Source: Alphaproteobacteria bacterium (lineage in GTDB: Bacteria > Pseudomonadota > Alphaproteobacteria > UBA828). From it: 64,000 nucleotides of DNA. The notes below the pieces were generated by a model. The model had not been told where the DNA came from. It was given only the letters and a program-made list of their open reading frames with translations, and did no database searches. Of this stretch, positions 46,420 to 53,984 are shown in pieces. Numbering within the stretch: position 1 is the stretch's first letter; every line of letters begins with the position of its first letter. Location: positions 640,001 through 704,000 of the forward strand of contig CBDEFM010000002.1 of assembly GCA_965237415.1 (NCBI GenBank), in the 5' to 3' direction. A program made the translations under genes and the position numbers.

Positions 46420-49389
46420 GTGTCGCTTCTGTCTTTCCTGCAAGACGATAAGATTTGTCCCGAGCCGGCCTCGGGCGAGCGCGCGCGCGCTGGGCGAGAC
46501 GCCTGGCTGGCGGCGGCGGTTGCACTCGGCGGCGCGGAAGAGTCGTTCGCCAGCGCGCTCGTGGGCGACCGACGCGCCTGCGGCTTCCTCGACGGCATAT
46601 TCGGCAACGCCCCCGCTCTCGGTCGAGCACTGACGCGCGAGCCGGCCCAGCTTCGCGTGGTGGCCGAGCGTGGCCCCGACGACGCGTTCGAGCGCGAGCT
46701 CGACGGGATATCGAGCACGGCCTGCCGCGCCAGTGACCGTCGTGCCCTCACCCAACGGCTCCGGGCGGCCAAGCGGCGGGCATTGCTCACCGTCGCGCTT
46801 GCCGACATCGCCGGCGCCTGGCCGCTGGATAAGGTGGCGGAGTCCCTCACCAGGTTTGCCGATGCCGCAATTGCCGGAGCGCTCGATCATCTGCTTCGGG
46901 ATGCAGCCACGCGGGTCACCCTTGCTCGGGCCGACCGCGATCGGCCCGTATCTGCCTGCGGGTTGACAGTACTCGGTGTCGGCGGGCTCGGCGCTGGCGA
47001 GCTTACCTATTCGAGCGCGCTCAGTCTGTTCGTGCTGTTCGACCCTGAGCGGGCGCAACACCGGGGGCGGGGCGAGCCCACGGAAACCTTGCACCGCCTC
47101 GTTCGCGACCTCGTCTCCCTGCTTGGGGACGGGACCGGCGAGAGCTGCGTGTATCAGACCGATCTGAAATTCAGGCCCAACATGGGCGGGACACCGCTCG
47201 CGCTCTCCACCGCGGCTGCGGAACAGTACTACGAGAGTCACGGGCAGAATTGGGAACGCGCCGCAATGATCAAGGCCCGCCCGGTCGCCGGCGATGCGAC
47301 GGTCGGCGCCGACATGATGGAGCGGCTGCGGCCCTTCATCTGGCGCAAGTATCTCGATTTTGCGGCCATCCAGGATATCCAGTCGATCAAGCGGCAGATC
47401 GCCGCCGAGCCCGGTAGCAGCCGGATCGAAATCGCCGGCCACGACATCGAGCGGGGCCGTGGCGGTATTCGCCAGATCGAACTGTACGCGCAAACGCAGC
47501 AGTTGATCTGGGGCGGCCGGGATGCGTCATTGCGCTCGGGTGTGACCTGCGACGCCCTCCGCGCGCTCGCCGCCGCCGGGCTCACGAACGAAAAGGCGGT
47601 GGATGAGCTGATCGAATCGTACCGCTTCCTCCGCAGGCTCGAGCACCGTCTGGAGATGGTCGACGACCAACCTTCTCTGAAAGTCCCCGACGACGCGGAC
47701 GACCGCACTGCAATCGCCCACCTCATGGGCTTCCGCGACGAGGCCGATTTCGCCGAGGCGCTCCGCGCACACGTGCGATCCGTCGAGGAGCACTACGCCG
47801 CCCTCTTCGAGGATGAGCCGGCGCTCGGCGGCGAGGGCGGCAATCTGGTGTTTACCGGTACCGCCGATGATCCCGACACACTGGCCAGCCTCCTGCGGAT
47901 GGGGTTCGGCGATGCCGCCGCCGTCTCGGCGACGGTGCGCCACTGGCACCATGGCCGAATCATGGCGACCCGCAGCACCCGCGCCAGGGAGCTCCTGACC
48001 GAACTGATGCCGGCGCTCCTTCGCGCGCTGACCAGCACCGCCGACCCCGACTCGGCGTTCCGCAAGCTCAATGAGTTTCTCGGCGGATTGCCCTCCGGTG
48101 TTCAGCCCTTCCTGCTGCTTCACGACAATCCCGGACTTCTCGCCCGGCTGGCCGAGATTCTGGGCAGCGCGCCCCGCATCGCCGAGCATCTGAGCCGCAA
48201 CCCCGATCTACTCGAAGGGCTCATCAGCGGTGATCTTCACCAGCGCCTGCCGAATCGGGACGAGCTCGACGATGACCTTCACCGAGCCCTCGCGCCTGCT
48301 GACGAATTTCAAGCCATCCTCGACGGGGTGAGGCGTTGGCAGCACGTGCGCGAGTTCCAGGTCGGCATGCAGATCCTCCGGGGCGATGTGGCCGCCGACC
48401 AATTGTCCGGCGCTCTGTCGGACATCGCCGATTCGGTGATCGCGGCGTTGCTGCCCCGGATGCAACGGGAATTCGCGAGACGGCACGGCACGGTGCCGGG
48501 CGCGACCTTCGCGGTCCTCGGCTTGGGCAAGCTCGGCAGCCGCGAGATGACCTTCGACAGCGACCTCGATGTGGTCTTCGTCTATGGCGCCCAGGGCGGG
48601 GTGGATGTGCAGTCCGACGGTGCCCAGGGACTTGCGGCGAGCCACTTCTACGCACGCTTCAGCCAACGCCTGACGAATGCCCTCAGCGCGCACACCGCCG
48701 AGGGTCGGCTCTACGAGATCGATACCAGGCTGCGCCCCTCCGGCAGCTCGGGGCCGATTGCCACCGAAGCCGCCGCCTTCCGCCGCTACCACGAAGAGAA
48801 CGCTTGGACCTGGGAGCACATGGCGCTGACACGCGCCAGGCCGGTGGCCGGCGACCGTGAGCTCAGCGCGACGGTGATGGACGGGATTCGGGCGGTCCTC
48901 TGCGCGCCGCGCGATACCGATACGCTGCTCGCCGACGTCGCCTCGATGCGCGAACGGGTCGACAACGAACGCCGGACCGAGAACAGGTGGCGCCTCAAGC
49001 ATGTGCGGGGCGGCGTTCTCGATCTCGAGTTCATCGCCCAGTACCACCTGCTGCGCCACGCCGCGCGGCACCCGTCGATTCTCGTTCAGTCGACGCAGTC
49101 GGTCTATCGGCGGCTGGGAGAAGCCGGCATTCTCGATGCCGACGACGCGGGCGAGCTCGCCGACACGGCTGCCTTTCTCCAACGTCTCCAGGGCCTGCTC
49201 AGGCTCACCGTCGGCACCAACCGGGACGTGGACCGCTTCACGGCGGGTGTGCGGGAGACACTGGCGCGGGCGATGGGAGTCGAAGACTTCGCCGCCCTTG
49301 AGACCAGGGTCCATGCCGTCCAGGATCGCATCCGCGCCGCCTATCATCGCCTTATCGCGGCGCCTGCCGCAAAGCTTAACAGAGAGTGA
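46420..49389 (+). CDS. glnE: Bifunctional glutamine synthetase adenylyltransferase/removase (N-terminal domain degenerate)
   Basis: YYESHGQNWERAAMIKARP, PFIWRKYLDF, GLGKLGSREM...SDLD, LYEIDTRLRPSG, AWTWEHMAL; followed by bcp. Confidence 0.93.
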   Translation: MSLLSFLQDDKICPEPASGERARAGRDAWLAAAVALGGAEESFASALVGDRRACGFLDGIFGNAPALGRALTREPAQLRVVAERGPDDAFERELDGISSTACRASDRRALTQRLRAAKRRALLTVALADIAGAWPLDKVAESLTRFADAAIAGALDHLLRDAATRVTLARADRDRPVSACGLTVLGVGGLGAGELTYSSALSLFVLFDPERAQHRGRGEPTETLHRLVRDLVSLLGDGTGESCVYQTDLKFRPNMGGTPLALSTAAAEQYYESHGQNWERAAMIKARPVAGDATVGADMMERLRPFIWRKYLDFAAIQDIQSIKRQIAAEPGSSRIEIAGHDIERGRGGIRQIELYAQTQQLIWGGRDASLRSGVTCDALRALAAAGLTNEKAVDELIESYRFLRRLEHRLEMVDDQPSLKVPDDADDRTAIAHLMGFRDEADFAEALRAHVRSVEEHYAALFEDEPALGGEGGNLVFTGTADDPDTLASLLRMGFGDAAAVSATVRHWHHGRIMATRSTRARELLTELMPALLRALTSTADPDSAFRKLNEFLGGLPSGVQPFLLLHDNPGLLARLAEILGSAPRIAEHLSRNPDLLEGLISGDLHQRLPNRDELDDDLHRALAPADEFQAILDGVRRWQHVREFQVGMQILRGDVAADQLSGALSDIADSVIAALLPRMQREFARRHGTVPGATFAVLGLGKLGSREMTFDSDLDVVFVYGAQGGVDVQSDGAQGLAASHFYARFSQRLTNALSAHTAEGRLYEIDTRLRPSGSSGPIATEAAAFRRYHEENAWTWEHMALTRARPVAGDRELSATVMDGIRAVLCAPRDTDTLLADVASMRERVDNERRTENRWRLKHVRGGVLDLEFIAQYHLLRHAARHPSILVQSTQSVYRRLGEAGILDADDAGELADTAAFLQRLQGLLRLTVGTNRDVDRFTAGVRETLARAMGVEDFAALETRVHAVQDRIRAAYHRLIAAPAAKLNRE

Positions 49390-49402
49390 GGGGAGACCCA
49401 GT

Positions 49403-49887
49403 ATGACGACGGTATCGACGCCGGCAGCCCGGCGCCGGGGTTCACGGCGCCCACCAACGACGGCGGCTCGCTGAACCTCGACCGCCTGCGCGGCAAGGCG
49501 GTGGTGCTCTATTTCTACCCGCGCGACGACACCCCCGGCTGCACGCGGGAAGCGCAGGAGTTCACCGAAGCTCTGGCCGAGTTCGCGAGGGCCGGTGCGG
49601 AGATCGTCGGCGTCTCCAAGGACTCCGCCGCCAAGCACGACAAGTTCCGTGCGAAGTACGGCCTCCCCTTCACCCTCGTCTCGGATGCCGAGGGCGACAT
49701 CTGCGAGCGTTACGGCGTCTGGGTCGAGAAGAAGAACTACGGCAAGACCTACATGGGCATCGAGCGTTCGACCTTTTTGATCGACGCGGACGGGAGCGTC
49801 AGCAAGGTCTGGCGCAAGGTGAAGGTCGCGGGCCATGTCGATGCGGTGTTAGGGGCGGTAAAGGACTTGAATGCCGGTGATGGCTGA
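49403..49887 (+). pseudogene. bcp: Peroxiredoxin Bcp with an apparent 1-nt frameshift just after the start codon
   Basis: Frame from 49411: GIDAGSPAPGFT...GKAVVLYFYPRDDTPGCTREA...GIERSTFLID; the RBS-preceded ATG at 49403 is in another frame. Confidence 0.75.
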
Positions 49888-49900
49888 CCGTCAGCGTTAG

Positions 49901-50182
49901 CGGTACCGTCGAACACGAAAGGAAACCCCTGCCGTATCTGAAGCAATCAAGAGCAAGTGGGCCACCATCGGCACCGTTGCATGCGGCTATAGCGCGATCG
50001 GCCTCGTGTCGGCGGGGTTCTGGAACTCCATCGGGCTCGTCGCCGTCAGCCTCTTCAACGCCATGGGTCTGGTCTGCATCGCCCCCGGCAACGCCATGGG
50101 GATCGTCGCATTGGCCGGCGGCACCGCCACAGGCGTCATCGCTGTCGCCGGCGGCAGCAGCCGAAGCGCGATACCGATCTAG
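49901..50182 (+). CDS. Putative small Gly/Ala-rich hydrophobic repeat peptide (start unclear)
   Basis: Open frame ...KWATIGTVACGYSAIGLVSAGFWNSIGLVAVSLFNAMGLVCIAPGNAMGIVALAGGTATGVIAVAGG...; typical GC3 codons; stop TAG at 50180-50182. Confidence 0.4.
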   Translation, partial: RYRRTRKETPAVSEAIKSKWATIGTVACGYSAIGLVSAGFWNSIGLVAVSLFNAMGLVCIAPGNAMGIVALAGGTATGVIAVAGGSSRSAIPI

Positions 50183-50330
50183 TCACCTGACACTGAAGTT
50201 GAGATCATTTTCAATTGGCAGTGTCGTCACACTAAGTCGCTCTATTGTCGAAGAATGTGGTCGTGCAATATAGTTGTCTTTATGTGGCGAACTTCAGATT
50301 CAGGTGACTAGCCCGGTCACTCCCCCACGC

Positions 50331-50426
50331 CGTCATGCCCGGACTTGTTCCGGGCATCTCCCTCCGCCGGGCCCAGTCGGTCGCTGAGCGAGTGCGTGGA
50401 TGGCCGGAACGAGTCCGGCCATGACG
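50331..50426. repeat. Alphaproteobacterial REP-like palindromic element
   Basis: CGTCATGCCCGGACTTGTTCCGGGCATC ... GATGGCCGGAACGAGTCCGGCCATGACG; two self-palindromic arms in inverted orientation. Confidence 0.8.
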
Positions 50427-50461
50427 CGGCGGGGGTACCCCGCGACGTCGGATGCGCCGAG

Positions 50462-50704
50462 TCAGCCCCCCTTGAAAGGGCGAAAAAGGCTGATCGTGTC
50501 GTCGGTCGAGAGCGGCGATTCGGGCCACTGATCGCGGGGGACGGCCTCGCCGTTCACCATGGCGAGCAGGGCGGGGTCGCCGTCCACGCCGAGCCCGGAG
50601 AGCGCGTCCGCGACGTTGGTTCCCGCCTCCAGATCGAGGCTGCGGCTCTTTGCGCTACCGAATTGGGGGAGCTCGATTGCGATGAGCTCCACCGTCACCT
50701 TCAT
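50462..50704 (-). CDS. MoaD/ThiS sulfur carrier protein
   Basis: 80 aa ubiquitin-like fold, MVNG, ends in KGG; ATG overlaps the AOR stop. Confidence 0.88.
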   Translation of the reverse strand: MKVTVELIAIELPQFGSAKSRSLDLEAGTNVADALSGLGVDGDPALLAMVNGEAVPRDQWPESPLSTDDTISLFRPFKGG

Positions 50705-52530
50705 GCGAGGCCGAGCCGCTGCCTTGTCTCCGCCGTCGGCCGTCCGTCCGTCGTCCAGCCGCGCAGCGCGTAATACTGCGGCAGCATCGTGTCGAGCTCG
50801 CAGACCTTGCCCTTGCCCGAGCCGCTCTTCGCCGCCTCCTTGAGGATGCGCTGAGGCAGCGTGTCGTCGGCGGCGGTCATGCCGGCGTCGAGGTTGAACT
50901 GGCGCTCCATGTTCCAGATGCGCTCGCCGGTCTCGTTCAGCCGGTCCACGGTCCAGCTGCCCTCGCAGGCGGCATCGACCAGGTTGGCGACTTCGTCGAG
51001 ACCCCAGATCATCATCGGGAAGGCGCAGATGCCGACGGAATCGATGGCCGCGTTCGAATCCTGGCTGTCCTTCACGATCTTGGCCTTGCCGTCAAGCTTG
51101 CCGCCGGAGAAGTCGTCCTCATAAGGGTCGGCGCGCAGGTGGCAGGCGCCCCGGTTGCTGGTGGCGTAGGCGAGGCCCATCCCCTGCATCGAGCGGCCGT
51201 CGTAGCCGGGGAACTCCTGCCCCTTGGCGACCATGGCGAACTCGGGGCGGCCGTACTTCTCGCAGAGCCGCTTGGCGCCGAGCCCGAGATCCTTGCCGAA
51301 GCCTGTGCCCGTGCCGGCCTCCTCCGCCGCCCTGCAGAGCGCCTCGGCCGAGCCGAAGGTGTAGGCGATGCCGCCGGTCTCGGCGTCGCTAATGGCGCCG
51401 GTCTCGTAGAGCTCCATCGCGGCTGCAACGGTGGCCCCGAAGGAGATCGGGTCCATCCCGTCCTCGTTGCAGACGAAGTTGGCGAAGGTCGCGGCCTCGA
51501 TGTCGTCGACGCCCACCATGGGGCCGAGGGAGTAGGCCGATTCGTATTCCAGCCCGCCGCTGACCTTCTTGTAGCGATCCCGATCGCGGATCGCGAAATG
51601 CGAGGGGTCCATCTTGGAGGCGCGCTGGCAGCCGATGGTGCAGGCGAAACAGGCGCGGTTCGCGACCAGATTGGCGGCGCCGTCGGAGCGGCGCACCTTC
51701 ATCATCGCGTCGGGACCGAGATTGCCGGTACCCTCGAACTGCACGTCCTGGTTGTTGCGGGTCGGCAGGCTGCCGAAGGCCTGGGTGACGTCGATCATCG
51801 AGAGCGTGCCGGTGCGCGCGAGGTCGGCGCGGGTCTGGCTCTCGGAGAGCGCGGCGGCGGCGTGCTCTACGGCCTCGGCGAAGGCGTCAGTGTCGTCCAC
51901 CGCGACGCCCCGCGTGCCGCGCACGGCAATCGCCTTGAGGTTCTTGGACCCCATCACGGCGCCGACGCCGGAGCGCCCGGCGGCCCGGTCGAGGTCGTTC
52001 ATCACGCAGGCGTAGCGGTTGAGGGTCTCGCCGGCCCGGCCGATCGAGGCGATCTTGATCGCGCCGTCCTGATGGCGCGCCTTGATCATCGGCTCGGTAT
52101 CCCAGACCGACTTGCCCCAGACGAAGCCCTCCGCGTCGATGAGCTCGGCGTGGTCGTCCTTGATGTAGAGGTAGACGGGGCGCGGCGAGCGGCCTTCGCA
52201 GATCACCATGTCCCAGCCCGCGAGCTTCAACTCGGCGCCGAAGTAGCCGCCCGAGTTCGAGCAGGCGACGGCGTTGGTCAGCGCTCCCTTGGTGACGACC
52301 GTGTAGCGGCCTCCGGTCGGCGCCGTGGTCCCGGTCAGCGGGCCGGTCGCGAAGATCAGCTTGTTCTCGGGCGAGAGCGGATCCGCCTTCGGGTCCATCT
52401 CCTCCGCCAGGTACTTGGTGGCAAGGCCCCTGCTGCCCAGATAGGTCTGCGCCCACTCCATGTTGAGCGCCTCTTCCGTGCAGGTGCCGGCGGTGAGGTC
52501 AGCCCGTAACAGTCTGCCTTGCCAAGCCAT
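50701..52530 (-). CDS. aor: Aldehyde:ferredoxin oxidoreductase (W/Mo-pterin AOR family)
   Basis: YLGSRGLA, GPLTGT, SNSGG, RAAGRSGVGAVMGSKNLKA, CFACTIGC, EYE, GMDPIS, KGQE.PGYD.R, RGACH, YY.LRGW. Confidence 0.92.
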   Translation of the reverse strand: MAWQGRLLRADLTAGTCTEEALNMEWAQTYLGSRGLATKYLAEEMDPKADPLSPENKLIFATGPLTGTTAPTGGRYTVVTKGALTNAVACSNSGGYFGAELKLAGWDMVICEGRSPRPVYLYIKDDHAELIDAEGFVWGKSVWDTEPMIKARHQDGAIKIASIGRAGETLNRYACVMNDLDRAAGRSGVGAVMGSKNLKAIAVRGTRGVAVDDTDAFAEAVEHAAAALSESQTRADLARTGTLSMIDVTQAFGSLPTRNNQDVQFEGTGNLGPDAMMKVRRSDGAANLVANRACFACTIGCQRASKMDPSHFAIRDRDRYKKVSGGLEYESAYSLGPMVGVDDIEAATFANFVCNEDGMDPISFGATVAAAMELYETGAISDAETGGIAYTFGSAEALCRAAEEAGTGTGFGKDLGLGAKRLCEKYGRPEFAMVAKGQEFPGYDGRSMQGMGLAYATSNRGACHLRADPYEDDFSGGKLDGKAKIVKDSQDSNAAIDSVGICAFPMMIWGLDEVANLVDAACEGSWTVDRLNETGERIWNMERQFNLDAGMTAADDTLPQRILKEAAKSGSGKGKVCELDTMLPQYYALRGWTTDGRPTAETRQRLGLA

Positions 52531-52648
52531 AACGTCCTCCGCGCTGTCGATCGGCCGAGCCGGGCCGCGTGATGGGAAACGTACTCTTGGATTCGCCGTT
52601 CGCCAAGGGGTGGGCAGGCTTGAGAGCCCGGAGAGGCGGTAGCGGGGA

Positions 52649-53935
52649 TTACGCAGCCGGGCGGTGGACGGGCACCACGTAGGGGCCTTCGGGGATCACG
52701 GCAACCCGTCGGTCGCCATGCCGGGCAGTGCTTTCCGCCACCGATCCTGCGAGCGACTCGGTCATGCGGACTCCGGTGAGCGCCCGGTCCTCGGGCGCGA
52801 GACCCTCGGTGAAGAGATGGACCGTCCCGGCCCGCATGGGGCGGAGTTGCATCTCGGTCTGCCATTCGTCGATCGCGGCGTGGGTCTTGCCGTTGATCTC
52901 GTCGAGGAAATGCTCTGGTCCATTCTCCACCAGGCGGCGCTGGGCATCGGCGTAGTGAGCCGAGCCCAGACCTTCGGAGCATGCCGACGCAACGATGAGA
53001 TCGCCGCCCGGCACCAGAATTTCCAGCGGGCCGACCATGCCCTTGACGGTCTGATAGTAGGTCGCATCCAGCGGATGGCCCGCGGCGCTGGTCAGCACGG
53101 TCTTGAACCGTTCGCCCACGGGAACGGTGGCGAACCCCTCGGCGAAGCGGACCGCCTCCTCGTGGCTCGCCACGACCTCGCCGTAGTTGAGGAAGGCGAC
53201 GCGGCGCTCGTCGTCGATGACGCTGTTGACGGCGCGGGCTCCGCCGATCATCGCCATAATCTCCAGCTGCTCCTCGTGCAGCGGATTTCCCTCCAGCACG
53301 CAGTTGGTGCAGTTGGGATGCTCCATGAAGCGGGCGCTGTGGAAGGTGGTGACGGTCTCGGCATGGGCGACGCCGGGCGCGATCACCTTGCGCCCGCCCG
53401 ACCAGCCGGCCATGAAGTGCGGCTCCACCAGGCCAGTGGCGATGCGCAGATCGGCTTCGACGAAGCGCCGGTCGAGCCGTACCACCGTGCCCCGCCGGGT
53501 CGTTCCGATCAGCACGTGGTCTGCGTCCTCCCGGGCAAAATGGTTCGCGACGTCCACCGTCTCCAGCACCCAGGGATCGCCGACCAGAGCGGCAAGCTCT
53601 TCGCCCTCGTTGGGCCGGTGCAGCCCGGTCGCGATCAGCACCGTGATCTGCTCAGGCGCCAGCCCGGCGCCGAGCAGAGTGCGGATGAGCGGCGGCAGGA
53701 TCACGCCGTTGGGCACCGGGCGCGTGAAGTCGCAGATAAGGATGCAGACGCGCTTGGCACGCGCGGCCTCCTCCGCAAGCAGCGGGCAAGCCACGGGCCG
53801 GGCGAGAGCCTCTTCCATGGCCTGCGCCGGATCGGCGAGCAGCGGCATCGCCTTCTTGGCAATCACGGTGACGTCGAGCTCGTCGGGCAGATCGACCGCC
53901 CGCAGGCCCCGGCCGTAGTTCAGATGAACGCGCAT
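52649..53935 (-). CDS. larA: Nickel-pincer (NPN) dependent lactate racemase family protein
   Basis: D.TRP.P, IATGLHRP, EPHFMAG.SGGRK...PG, H..D..YYQTVKG, C.EG.G, DEWQ, PEGPY. Confidence 0.88.
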   Translation of the reverse strand: MRVHLNYGRGLRAVDLPDELDVTVIAKKAMPLLADPAQAMEEALARPVACPLLAEEAARAKRVCILICDFTRPVPNGVILPPLIRTLLGAGLAPEQITVLIATGLHRPNEGEELAALVGDPWVLETVDVANHFAREDADHVLIGTTRRGTVVRLDRRFVEADLRIATGLVEPHFMAGWSGGRKVIAPGVAHAETVTTFHSARFMEHPNCTNCVLEGNPLHEEQLEIMAMIGGARAVNSVIDDERRVAFLNYGEVVASHEEAVRFAEGFATVPVGERFKTVLTSAAGHPLDATYYQTVKGMVGPLEILVPGGDLIVASACSEGLGSAHYADAQRRLVENGPEHFLDEINGKTHAAIDEWQTEMQLRPMRAGTVHLFTEGLAPEDRALTGVRMTESLAGSVAESTARHGDRRVAVIPEGPYVVPVHRPAA

Positions 53936-53984
53936 GCGATCGGCCTAAGGCGCAAGAGATGCAACGGCAGTCTTCATCGTCACC

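Noticed and set aside
49387-49389. Selenocysteine decoding of the glnE TGA
   Set aside because: The position is not a catalytic Cys site, GlnE is already full length, and no convincing SECIS is visible; a 1-nt indel is more parsimonious
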